A DNA stretch of 64,000 nt from an uncultured Candidatus Saccharibacteria bacterium. Its GTDB lineage: Bacteria; Patescibacteriota; Minisyncoccia; Phycocordibacterales; JACOZG01. Under the pieces are notes generated by a model that searched no databases, was not told the DNA's origin, and saw only the letters and a program-made list of their open reading frames with translations. Shown here one piece after another: positions 36,142 to 44,311 of the stretch (within the stretch, counting starts at the first letter, position 1; every line of letters begins with the position of its first letter). The stretch is from the NCBI GenBank assembly GCA_964648765.1, contig CAZYLF010000001.1:79042-143041 (forward strand). Reading direction: 5' to 3'. A program made the translations under genes and the position numbers.

Positions 36142-37623
36142 CTATTTTACCCAGTGTTTATCGCGGATTTTCTTGATTTCCTCGCTCTCAATCTCCTCTT
36201 TCTTCTCTTTGCCTTTCTCTCCTAATTCTTTTAATTTAATATCTTCTAGTTTGCTTAACTCTTTCGCTTTGTTAGTTAAATATTCCTGATTGTTTAATTC
36301 TGGGTTATCTAAAGTTTCTTCAAGTAATGCGTGCAGAATGTAACCAATCTTCGGACTTGGATTTAAACCTGTTTCACGTATAACATCCTCCCCTTTTATC
36401 TTAAGCATCGCCACGGAAGTTGGCGCTCGCAAAGCCTCATCAATCATTGATTCATACTTCCTTAAGCGGTAAGGACTCTCTTTTGGTCGGCCCATGCCGA
36501 TACGATCGCAGTTGCGCACCTTCATTAAGTCCCAGATCTCCTCTCTACCCACATTCCTAATTATCCTTCTGACTGCCGAAAGGGTAATTTTATCAATATC
36601 AGTGAAGAACATGTGGTTCCTCACCAATTTTGTTACCAATTCCGTCGTTTCACGTGAAAACTTAAGTCGCTTAAGTATATTTTCAGCCATTTTTGCACCA
36701 ACTACGTCGTGACCGTAGAAGGTATAGTCATTCTTCTCCTTACTAAACTCTCTGGTGCGGGGCTTACCAATGTCATGGAACAAAGCGGCAAGTCTCACGT
36801 GAAACGCAAAGTCCTTGTCGGCCGAATGCTGGGCTACTCGCAAGGTATGCTCCCAAACATCATAGATATGGTCACCGTTTTGCTTCATTCCGATCCCCTC
36901 CTCAAGCTCAGGCATAAACTCCTTTAACGCTCCAGCTTTGTGGAGTAAAATGATCCCGATCATTAGGTTTTTTGACATCAAAAGCTTTGAAAATTCGTCA
37001 TTAACCCGCTCAACTGCAATCTTTTTTAGAAGTGGGGAGGTTTTTATCATTGCCTCAAAAGTCTCACTGTTTAACGTGAAACCGAGCTCCGCCGCCAGCC
37101 TTATACCCCTCATAATTCTAAGTGGATCCTCCTCAAATCGGTCCTCCGCTTTACCCACTGCTCTTAAGGTCATGTCTTTTAAATCTTGAGCGCCGCCGTA
37201 TGGGTCAATTATTTGACCTATAAGAGGCGTAAAGGCCATGGCATTGATCGTAAAGTCCCGACGTCCTAGATCATCCTCAATCTTGTCACTAAACGTCACA
37301 GAGTCAGGATGGCGCTTGTCTGAGTACTTAGCCTCTAATCTAAAAGGCGTGATCTCAATATGCTTTTCAGTTTCATCCCCTGCTTGCTCGTCTACCACAG
37401 TAACGGTGCCGTAGGAATTCTCGTAAAATGTTTTAGGAAAGAGTGAAGCAATCTCTTCTGGCTTTGCGTTGGTGGTGATGTCCCAATCTTTTGGCTTCAC
37501 GTGTAACATTAGGTCGCGCACGCAACCACCAACTAAATAGGCCTTAAAATTGGCTTTTTCAAGGGTGTTTAGGGTCTCAGCGACCCCTTTAGGTATTAAA
37601 AATTGTGTTTTTGACTCCCCCAT
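36142..37623 (-). CDS. cca: CCA-adding tRNA nucleotidyltransferase with HD domain and K/E-rich C-terminal tail
   Basis: GGCVRDLMLHVKPKDWDITT head domain. HD motif LAALFHDIGKP. C-terminal about 55 aa is lysine/glutamate-rich. Confidence 0.85.
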   Translation of the reverse strand: MGESKTQFLIPKGVAETLNTLEKANFKAYLVGGCVRDLMLHVKPKDWDITTNAKPEEIASLFPKTFYENSYGTVTVVDEQAGDETEKHIEITPFRLEAKYSDKRHPDSVTFSDKIEDDLGRRDFTINAMAFTPLIGQIIDPYGGAQDLKDMTLRAVGKAEDRFEEDPLRIMRGIRLAAELGFTLNSETFEAMIKTSPLLKKIAVERVNDEFSKLLMSKNLMIGIILLHKAGALKEFMPELEEGIGMKQNGDHIYDVWEHTLRVAQHSADKDFAFHVRLAALFHDIGKPRTREFSKEKNDYTFYGHDVVGAKMAENILKRLKFSRETTELVTKLVRNHMFFTDIDKITLSAVRRIIRNVGREEIWDLMKVRNCDRIGMGRPKESPYRLRKYESMIDEALRAPTSVAMLKIKGEDVIRETGLNPSPKIGYILHALLEETLDNPELNNQEYLTNKAKELSKLEDIKLKELGEKGKEKKEEIESEEIKKIRDKHWVK

Positions 37624-37703
37624 TTAAATTATTCTAGCCTAGATTTTGCCGTGTTGCTAATTATCTGTTATATTAGCGAGGCACCGGACAGATTCGCTCC
37701 CGT

Positions 37704-37775
37704 GGTGAAATGGATATCACAACGGTCTTCGGAACCGTTATTGGGGGTTCGAATCCCTCCGGGAGCACAGCGACG
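37704..37775 (+). tRNA. tRNA-Arg (anticodon TCG)
   Basis: Manually folded: 7-bp acceptor GCTCCCG/CGGGAGC, D-stem GTGA/TCAC, anticodon stem ACGGT/ACCGT, loop CTTCGGA, T-loop TTCGAAT. Confidence 0.8.
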
Positions 37776-37806
37776 AAGGGATTCGAGAATCCCCGAGGTA
37801 GCGAAT

Positions 37807-37877
37807 GCGGATATCGTTTAGTGGTAGGACACGTCCTTGCCAAGGATGAGGTGGGAGTTCGATTCTCCCTATCCGCA
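37807..37877 (+). tRNA. tRNA-Gly (anticodon GCC)
   Basis: Acceptor GCGGATA/TATCCGC, anticodon loop TTGCCAA, T-loop TTCGATT. Confidence 0.8.
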
Positions 37878-38003
37878 CACAATATGTACCTTGTCTCATT
37901 ATTTCCATCAGACAGTCCGTTATAAACCCTTAAAACTGTGGATAACTCTGGGGACAATGGGGATAAAAGACAGTAAAAGTCGTCTTATATGGCTTAAAAT
38001 CGT

Positions 38004-38387
38004 ATGTCCAAGACAGAAAAGCAGCTGACAGGTGATGTTGGGGAAAACCTAGCAGCTATGTTTCTTATGAAACATAATTTCACCATTATTGGCCGTAATT
38101 ACCGTAAAAAGTGGGGTGAGATTGATGTCATTGCTAAGAAGGGGAATGAGATTAGATTTGTGGAAGTGAAGACTGTGATCCGAGATTTTATTAAAGAAGG
38201 GGATTATGAGGCGTCAGATAATGTGCATCCGTGGAAGCTTAAGAGACTTTCACGAGCGATTCAGACATATTTGTTAGAAAATAAAATTAATGAAGATGAA
38301 ATTGATTGGCAGCTTGATGTAATCTCTGTATATTTAAACGGGCGAGGGGAGACTTTAAAAATTGATTGGTTAGAGGATGTGTTTTAA
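38004..38387 (+). CDS. YraN/UPF0102 family endonuclease-like protein
   Basis: GENLAAMFLMKHNFTIIGRNYRKKWGEIDVIAKKGNEIRFVEVKT matches the UPF0102 pattern. Confidence 0.7.
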   Translation: MSKTEKQLTGDVGENLAAMFLMKHNFTIIGRNYRKKWGEIDVIAKKGNEIRFVEVKTVIRDFIKEGDYEASDNVHPWKLKRLSRAIQTYLLENKINEDEIDWQLDVISVYLNGRGETLKIDWLEDVF

Positions 38388-38468
38388 GCTTGACTTTTGT
38401 GTTGTTTCTGCTTTAATGTGAAAAGCGAATTTTGTTGTTTGAAATGGTAAATTTGAAAGGAGAAAATC

Positions 38469-39425
38469 GTGGCCGAAAGTCGGAAAGAACGCCTCAAAGA
38501 TCTAGTTTTGTTGCCATTCTGGGTGCTCTTATTCTTGCTTATTCTAATTATTTATCCATTTTGGCTTTTGTTTACCAGAGTGGTGAACTGGGTGGGATTA
38601 AGCAATTTACGCACAATGAAAGGTGATGTGCAGACTCCGGTGGTTTATTTTCTGAATCAAAACACCAAACGGATGGTGATTCTGGTAGGGGTGGTGCACC
38701 TCGGCGAGAAGTCGTATTACGCGCAAATCCGGGAACTTCTGGCCTCACTCGACGGCTTCACTGTTCTTTATGAATGGATTAAAGCCTTAAGTGATGAGGA
38801 AAAGTCGAAATTAACTGAGAAGTCCGAAAAAATCGTAAAGGAGTTTGAGAGCTATGGTAAATCCTCACGGATGATTTGTGAGATTCTGGGCCTACAGCCG
38901 CAGAAAGAGGGTTTGCCAATTGAAGCAAAGTGGATCAACACTGACGTAAGAGCCTTTGAATTGATCAATTACTTTGTGAATCACAATCTCAATTTCATGA
39001 AAGATATCGGCAAAATTGAGAAACTTCTAGGTGCGGAATCTGACCAAGTGCTTGATAAGTGGCTACTGAATGGGACCTTCAAGCGAATCATTGTTGTTAT
39101 GGTGTTTGCGGGGTTTTATAGTAAACTCACCAGAAAGCGCCGTTTGAAGCATGATTTTTTGATTAACCAGCGGAATGTTGTTGCAGTTGAAGGTATCCGC
39201 GAGCATTTGGCCAAAGGCAATGTGGTGGCAATATGGGGAGCAGGGCATTTGCCGGGGATTGCCAAAATGCTTAAGCAAGATGGCTTCAGTGTGGTGGGCA
39301 AAGAATGGTACACGGCGTATAAAGCAAAAGATTGCTCGTTTTGGGATGTTTTTGCCGATCGTAGTGTGGTGGCGGTGGAGCGTTTGGCGGCAATTTCTGA
39401 TCAGATAACGAGAATAAAAAAGTAA
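38469..39425 (+). CDS. TraB/GumN family protein
   Basis: GTG start with GGAG SD. N-terminal TM. Motifs LVGVVHLGEKS and GAGHLPGIAKMLKQDGFSV are typical of TraB/GumN. Confidence 0.6.
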   Translation: MAESRKERLKDLVLLPFWVLLFLLILIIYPFWLLFTRVVNWVGLSNLRTMKGDVQTPVVYFLNQNTKRMVILVGVVHLGEKSYYAQIRELLASLDGFTVLYEWIKALSDEEKSKLTEKSEKIVKEFESYGKSSRMICEILGLQPQKEGLPIEAKWINTDVRAFELINYFVNHNLNFMKDIGKIEKLLGAESDQVLDKWLLNGTFKRIIVVMVFAGFYSKLTRKRRLKHDFLINQRNVVAVEGIREHLAKGNVVAIWGAGHLPGIAKMLKQDGFSVVGKEWYTAYKAKDCSFWDVFADRSVVAVERLAAISDQITRIKK

Positions 39426-39449
39426 CACAGTTTGCTTAGGCAAACACCG

Positions 39450-39483
39450 ACCCCCTCCGTAAAAAAGAGGGGGTTTGATTTTA
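39450..39483 (+). terminator. putative intrinsic terminator
   Basis: accccctc-cgtaaaaaa-gagggggt followed by ttgatttt. Confidence 0.45.
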
Positions 39484-39484
39484 A

Positions 39485-39556
39485 TCGGAGCGCCGGGATT
39501 TGAACCCGGAGTCACACGAACCCGAATCGTGCATGTTACCGTTACACTACGCTCCG
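39485..39556 (-). tRNA. tRNA-Pro (anticodon CGG)
   Basis: Minus-strand fold: acceptor CGGAGCG/CGCTCCG, anticodon stem CACGA/TCGTG with loop TTCGGGT, T-loop TTCAAAT. Confidence 0.8.
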
Positions 39557-39677
39557 TAACTCTTGGGTAATTTAACATAATTAAAATTAATTTGTAGTAA
39601 TCCACCTCATTTGCTAGGGTTAAAATTGGAAAATAACAAGCTCGAAGGCTTGTTTGTGGAAATTAAGGAGGACTGTA

Positions 39678-40292
39678 ATGGCGAAGAAAAAGGTTAGATC
39701 GGGAATTCAGAGGCGGGTCAAAGCATCTGCAAGCAGAAATTTGGTTGATGAAATCAACTCTAAGCTTGAAAGTGTAAGACGTCAGCTTGTGATGGAGATT
39801 ATCCCCGACACCTCTGGGAACGAACACACACTCTTAAATTTGGGGGTAATAGGGGATGGGTGTGTTCAGAATATAAATAAAGGGCACTTCTTTTTTCCAT
39901 TTTTAGGAAATAGATATGTAGCCGCGATGTGCTTTTACGGGAAGGCATCTGCGTATGACGTAAGGGCATATAATTTTAACAACCCCTTTTCCCCTAACCC
40001 TCTTAACGATCTTTTGTCTGGCAATTGGTCTATGCGAGTCGGCGCTCAGCACTTTCTTTCTGAAAATTTTGGATCAAATGGGCGTATGTTTTTGGGAAAC
40101 AAGGCTGTTTTGGATTGGTTCTTTGAGAGAGCGCTTTTACACCCCATGGCTAAGCCATATGAGGTTCTTAAGTTTGCAACTAATGTCTTTAGTGCAGAAA
40201 AGATAGTCGTTTCAGGTTATCAACACTACCTGAGAGAAGTAATCCAACAAAGGCTCGATGGTGTGGGCCAAATAGTAGAGCTTTTGGGTTAG
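39678..40292 (+). CDS. hypothetical protein (MAKK family A, paralog 1)
   Basis: AAGGAGG plus ATG. C-terminal GNKAVLDWFFERALLHPMAKPYEVLKFA resembles the 40416 gene. Own terminator. Confidence 0.5.
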   Translation: MAKKKVRSGIQRRVKASASRNLVDEINSKLESVRRQLVMEIIPDTSGNEHTLLNLGVIGDGCVQNINKGHFFFPFLGNRYVAAMCFYGKASAYDVRAYNFNNPFSPNPLNDLLSGNWSMRVGAQHFLSENFGSNGRMFLGNKAVLDWFFERALLHPMAKPYEVLKFATNVFSAEKIVVSGYQHYLREVIQQRLDGVGQIVELLG

Positions 40293-40314
40293 GTTGATTT
40301 CTAGAAGCTGATCT

Positions 40315-40345
40315 GGCCCCGTCGCTTGTGACGGGGCCTTTTTCT
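40315..40345 (+). terminator. intrinsic terminator
   Basis: ggccccgtcgcttgtgacggggcc followed by tttttc. Confidence 0.65.
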
Positions 40346-40415
40346 TGCTAGTTTGAGGTTTGAAAACTCGAGCCAAGGTGGCTTGTTAGGATCTTTGATT
40401 TGAAGGGAGAAAACG

Positions 40416-41180
40416 ATGGCAAAGAAGGTTATGAAGGTGGAGCAGAAGAAAAGCGGCGGTTTGGTTCAGCGTATTAACGAGGTGCTGAAGGATCACAATG
40501 GCCAATTGGCGATGGTGATCAAGCATGAAACTGCTTCGCCCCAGAAAAGTGGCGGGGTAAGAAGAAATTGTGAAGAACCGACCATGGATCTCGATATCGA
40601 GCCGAGGATCAAAACGACGCTTCGTGTTGGGAGGGTATGCAAGGGGTTGCCAGTAGAAAAGCTTAGGGAAGATGGAATTTTTTCCATGCCGGCTTTTGGC
40701 GGTATCGTGGTATGTAAACGTGCTAGCGAAAAAGATCAATTTTCCGTTGAGTTTTTAAAGGGGGAAGGATATTTTTTTATCCCCGCGCAATCGGTAATAC
40801 CGCTTAAGAAGAAGGCCCCTGAGGATGTGTCTGGCGAAGAAATCTTGGATATTCTCAAAAGCCGCGAGCATGGAATGGGTTTGATTGGAGATAAGGCAGT
40901 TATTGAATGGCTCCTTGGTGATTATCTGGATAATCCAGAGTCAAACGCACCTGAGGTACTTGCGCAGGCCATCAAGCACCTTAAGATTGATAAAGAAATT
41001 GGTCTGCCGAATTTTTTTGTGGGACGACACGAAGCGGCAGAAGCAAGGTTTCAACAGGTGGAGGAGGCAATTTACCAGTTGGTGCCGCAAAAGCTTCGCG
41101 AGCTAAGAAGTTCGATCGAGCATGAAAAGAAGCAGTTAGAAACCTTAATCGAATTGTCTACTGAAAGGAGGGGAGGATGA
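40416..41180 (+). CDS. hypothetical protein (MAKK family A, paralog 2)
   Basis: GGAG SD plus ATG. GDKAVIEWLLGDYLDNPESNAPEVLAQA resembles the 39678 gene. Confidence 0.5.
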   Translation: MAKKVMKVEQKKSGGLVQRINEVLKDHNGQLAMVIKHETASPQKSGGVRRNCEEPTMDLDIEPRIKTTLRVGRVCKGLPVEKLREDGIFSMPAFGGIVVCKRASEKDQFSVEFLKGEGYFFIPAQSVIPLKKKAPEDVSGEEILDILKSREHGMGLIGDKAVIEWLLGDYLDNPESNAPEVLAQAIKHLKIDKEIGLPNFFVGRHEAAEARFQQVEEAIYQLVPQKLRELRSSIEHEKKQLETLIELSTERRGG

Positions 41181-41842
41181 ATCTGAAACCGTGGAAAAAG
41201 AAGGAACCGGAGAATCTTTCTCCGGAAGAGGCGAGGTTTAAGAGGGGATTTGATCGGTTGTTTGGCTTTGGTCTGCCAGAGTATGTGCAGAAATCTCTCG
41301 AGCGCCAAAAATCTTTGGTGATCGCCCATGCTTTGAAGTTGCAGACCACCGACTTTTATTCAGTAGTACCGCTTAGTGACGTAAATTTGCCAACGCAGCT
41401 TAGTTGGCTGGCTGGTAAAAAGGCACCGAGTTTACCTCATTATCGTCGTTGGCCAAAATGTCGATTCGGCAGTTTGCCAGACTTGCCGTGGTTTATTTTT
41501 GGTGTGAAGGTCACTAATTGTTTGGATCACAGCGTGGAGGACGTGGCGCGACACTTAGTAGGCGAAGGGGAGGAGATCCTGACTTTGCCAGAGGTGATTG
41601 CCTTTTTGCTTGAGGTGAAAAAGACGCAAGCCGAAGCCCCAAGTGAGCCTCACCCCATAAAATTGGCGCTCTCCACATTTCATCTTGTTGGTAATATGGA
41701 TGGCAACAATTGGCCACTCATCACTTGTGATAGTGCGGGAGTGGCGCTGGTGTCGAGACAAGATTCTGCGCTTATCTCAACAACCAGACCCAACAATTAT
41801 CTCCTTTCAACTCAAGTCAGAAAGTGTTTTGTTTTGGAATAG
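41177..41842 (+). CDS. hypothetical protein
   Basis: ATGA overlap with the upstream gene. 221 aa. Followed by a terminator. Confidence 0.5.
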   Translation: MNLKPWKKKEPENLSPEEARFKRGFDRLFGFGLPEYVQKSLERQKSLVIAHALKLQTTDFYSVVPLSDVNLPTQLSWLAGKKAPSLPHYRRWPKCRFGSLPDLPWFIFGVKVTNCLDHSVEDVARHLVGEGEEILTLPEVIAFLLEVKKTQAEAPSEPHPIKLALSTFHLVGNMDGNNWPLITCDSAGVALVSRQDSALISTTRPNNYLLSTQVRKCFVLE

Positions 41843-41849
41843 TTCACTC

Positions 41850-41884
41850 GCCCCGCGCCGTAAATGGTGCGGGGCTTTTTTTTA
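41850..41884 (+). terminator. intrinsic terminator
   Basis: gccccgcgccgtaaatggtgcggggc followed by ttttttttt. Confidence 0.7.
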
Positions 41885-41906
41885 TGCTAGATTAACTGGG
41901 CAATAA

Positions 41907-41977
41907 CGGAGCGTAGTATAGCGGTAGTATGCATGCTTTGGGAGCATGTGGCCCGGGTTCGATTCCCGGCGCTCCGA
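41907..41977 (+). tRNA. tRNA-Pro (anticodon TGG)
   Basis: Acceptor CGGAGCG/CGCTCCG, anticodon stem CATGC/GCATG with loop TTTGGGA, T-loop TTCGATT. Confidence 0.8.
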
Positions 41978-42074
41978 AGATTAGGTTTTCAAATTTGCGT
42001 GAGTTTATTTTTTGGCGTACCATATATCCCAACGTGTTCTTTGGAGGTTGGAGTCAGTTTTTTATGGAGGATTT

Positions 42075-42374
42075 ATGAAAACGGCCCCATGTTTGGCTAG
42101 TGATCTCTCGGTGTATCCAGAGTCGTCGTTGCGCGAGATTGGCCACTGGTTGGACCAATCTATTGGAGCGATGGAAAGTTTAAGTAAATTAAGGAGCACC
42201 ATCCCGTCTTTTTTTGGTTCTGATCGGCGCCTGACGAGCGCTTCCAACGCTTTTGTTTCTAGTGTTGGCGCGTTACTCCTAACTCTTCACGAAATGAAGG
42301 ACCTGCGCTCCAAAATTACTGATGAAATCAGGAAAAAGCGCGAAGTGCGTGAGCCTTCTCTCATTTCTGCATGA
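42075..42374 (+). CDS. small hypothetical protein
   Basis: GGAGG plus ATG at 42075 inside the track ORF. 99 aa. Terminator downstream. Confidence 0.4.
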   Translation: MKTAPCLASDLSVYPESSLREIGHWLDQSIGAMESLSKLRSTIPSFFGSDRRLTSASNAFVSSVGALLLTLHEMKDLRSKITDEIRKKREVREPSLISA

Positions 42375-42398
42375 AGAAAAAGCTGGAAAAAACAACTA

Positions 42399-42439
42399 GC
42401 GCCAGTCCCGCACCGTTGCGGGACTGGCGCACTTTTTTG
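42399..42439 (+). terminator. intrinsic terminator
   Basis: gcgccagtcccgcaccgttgcgggactggcgc followed by acttttttg. Confidence 0.7.
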
Positions 42440-42510
42440 TCTGTGCTAAAATCAAATCAGTCTGATCTTTGTGAGACAGGCTATTTTATACCAAATAAGG
42501 AGGATGATCG

Positions 42511-42876
42511 ATGGGTCGATCCCGGCGTCGGCGTGGATATGGTGGCAATAACAATGGTCAATCTAATGGGGGAAAGGCAAATAAACCCCAAGCAGCGCCT
42601 ATCCAAACAAGCAACGAACAATCAAAGCAGCCCCCGTCAATTTATTGTGGTATTTGCGGAAAAGCCCACGATAACGGCTTTCCAATTTGGGAGTTGCCAT
42701 GTGGTCGTCGATTTAACATCAGGGTAGAAATTCCAGCCTGCGACTTTTGCTTAGACTCAAAGCATTTCAAAGACTTTCTTGGTCTTCGTGATGCAAATGG
42801 TCCTAAGACTACGTCGGATTACCTCACTCTCCTTGCTCGTTACATAGAATTGTATCAAAAAAGACGTACATCCTAA
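42511..42876 (+). CDS. small Cys-rich (zinc-ribbon-like) protein with Arg/Gly-rich N-terminus
   Basis: AAGGAGG plus ATG. CGICGK ... CGRRF ... CDFC. Preferred over the overlapping track ORF 42371..42727. Confidence 0.45.
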   Translation: MGRSRRRRGYGGNNNGQSNGGKANKPQAAPIQTSNEQSKQPPSIYCGICGKAHDNGFPIWELPCGRRFNIRVEIPACDFCLDSKHFKDFLGLRDANGPKTTSDYLTLLARYIELYQKRRTS

Positions 42877-42898
42877 GTTTCAAAAAAAGTAATTAAAC

Positions 42899-42940
42899 TT
42901 GCCCTGACCATCATACGGTTGGGGCAACTTTTTATTTTAA
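42899..42940 (+). terminator. putative intrinsic terminator (imperfect stem)
   Basis: ttgccc ... gggcaa followed by ctttttatttt. Confidence 0.4.
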
Positions 42941-42944
42941 ATTT

Positions 42945-43015
42945 TCGGGCTGCCGAGAATTGAACTCGGTCTACATGCACCCCATGCATGCGTACTGCCG
43001 GTATACTACAGCCCG
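42945..43015 (-). tRNA. tRNA-Pro (anticodon GGG)
   Basis: Minus-strand fold: acceptor CGGGCTG/CAGCCCG, anticodon stem CATGC/GCATG with loop ATGGGGT, T-loop TTCAATT. Confidence 0.8.
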
Positions 43016-43127
43016 TAGCAACAACCATGTATCATACTTCTGATAACGAGGTTTGCAACTTTTTGTGCTTTAGAGTAGTTTTCATTATTAGTGAGGACAA
43101 ATAAGCTTTTTGAAAGGAGGCAAGCGG

Positions 43128-43640
43128 ATGAGCGGAGCACAGGTTGAAAGCCGTTTCAAAGTATTTGAAGAAATTGAAAACGCTTTGGCTGGCAAAATCG
43201 GTGAGCGAGTGCTGGTGGTGAAGAGGGGAATCCATCATCAAAAACGCGCAAGCGATAACACGGTGGTGCACTCGTGGCATGTTGAGGAATGGTTTATAGG
43301 CAGATTGAATGCGAACATTTTACTTACCGAGCCGGACTGTGGAATTATCTTTGTGCCGGTGGAGAAGCACGTGCGGGCAAAATTTCCGTACGGCAATCAG
43401 AAGGTAGTGTGTGATGTTACCACCTCACCTATTCGTCTTAATGTGTTTGATGACGATGGAGCGATTGAAACGGTGATTCCGCCGCGAGAAGCTTTTGATC
43501 TCAGTGTGCGTAATGCGCCGCCACGCTCTGTGCAAGTGGTGATCTCAGACGATCCGATCAGAAGTTTTGTGGCAAACAAGGGTAAAATGGCTGCACACAT
43601 GTATTTTTGTCTCAATGCACAACTTCATCGTAGTGGGTAA
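43128..43640 (+). CDS. hypothetical protein
   Basis: AAAGGAGG plus ATG at 43128. 170 aa. Own terminator. Confidence 0.5.
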   Translation: MSGAQVESRFKVFEEIENALAGKIGERVLVVKRGIHHQKRASDNTVVHSWHVEEWFIGRLNANILLTEPDCGIIFVPVEKHVRAKFPYGNQKVVCDVTTSPIRLNVFDDDGAIETVIPPREAFDLSVRNAPPRSVQVVISDDPIRSFVANKGKMAAHMYFCLNAQLHRSG

Positions 43641-43654
43641 GATATCAGTTTTTC

Positions 43655-43683
43655 TGCCGGGCGCTTCGCGCCCGGCTTTTTTC
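43655..43683 (+). terminator. intrinsic terminator
   Basis: gccgggcgcttcgcgcccggc followed by ttttttc. Confidence 0.7.
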
Positions 43684-43700
43684 TTGCTACAATTATATGA

Positions 43701-44123
43701 ATGGTATTTTTTCTCCAAATCTTGATTGCGTTGGTGGCGCTTTGTGGCTTATCAATCGCTCTTTATATTTCTCATAAAAAAGTTCATGGTGGCAAAATGG
43801 TTTGCATGCTTAATTCAGATTGCGAAGTGGTGGTCACAAGTAATTATTCTAAGTTTTTAGGAATCCCCGTTGAGCGTTTAGGTATTGCTTATTACTCTAT
43901 TGTGGCGGCAAGTTATTTGGTTTTTGCTTTCGCACCTCAACTCTCACATAACTTTTATTCAGTAATTTTGCTTTGGGCCACGGTGCTCGCTTTTTTATTT
44001 TCGATTTATCTTACCTACATTCAGATGGCTAAGATTAAACAGTGGTGCACTTGGTGTCTCACCTCAGCAATCATTTGCACCGTAATCTTCCTTGCAGTTC
44101 TTAAATTAATCAGTATATTTTAG
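43701..44123 (+). CDS. vitamin K epoxide reductase (VKOR) family membrane protein
   Basis: Four hydrophobic helices. Loop cysteines (CMLNSDC). CTWC redox motif in the last helix region. VKOR-like arrangement. Confidence 0.65.
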   Translation: MVFFLQILIALVALCGLSIALYISHKKVHGGKMVCMLNSDCEVVVTSNYSKFLGIPVERLGIAYYSIVAASYLVFAFAPQLSHNFYSVILLWATVLAFLFSIYLTYIQMAKIKQWCTWCLTSAIICTVIFLAVLKLISIF

Positions 44124-44161
44124 CTACAGCGGGCTTGCCCGCCGTAGCGTTAGCAAAAGCG

Positions 44162-44235
44162 GGATTAGTTTATCGGTAAAATAACAGTTTTCCAAACTGT
44201 GGTGACCGGTTCGACTCCGGTATCCCGCACCAAAA
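44162..44235 (+). tRNA. tRNA-Gly (anticodon TCC), CCA encoded
   Basis: Acceptor GCGGGAT/ATCCCGC, anticodon stem ACAGT/ACTGT with loop TTTCCAA, T-loop TTCGACT, 3' ACCA. Confidence 0.8.
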
Positions 44236-44311
44236 ATAAGGATTGCTCAAAATGTAACTTGTGGTAGTTTGTTGTCTGGATTAGAACCTTGTTAATTTAA
44301 GGAGAAAGGCA

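Noticed and set aside
37673-38028. Track ORFs 37673..37957 (-), 37710..37925 (+) and 37837..38028 (+)
   Set aside because: They span the tRNA-Arg and tRNA-Gly genes and the cca downstream region. No SD. They overlap each other on both strands. Treated as non-coding.
42371-42727. Track ORF 42371..42727 (+)
   Set aside because: Its N-terminus runs straight through the strong terminator hairpin at 42399-42439. It also overlaps, in another frame, the better-supported 42511..42876 gene, which has an AAGGAGG SD.
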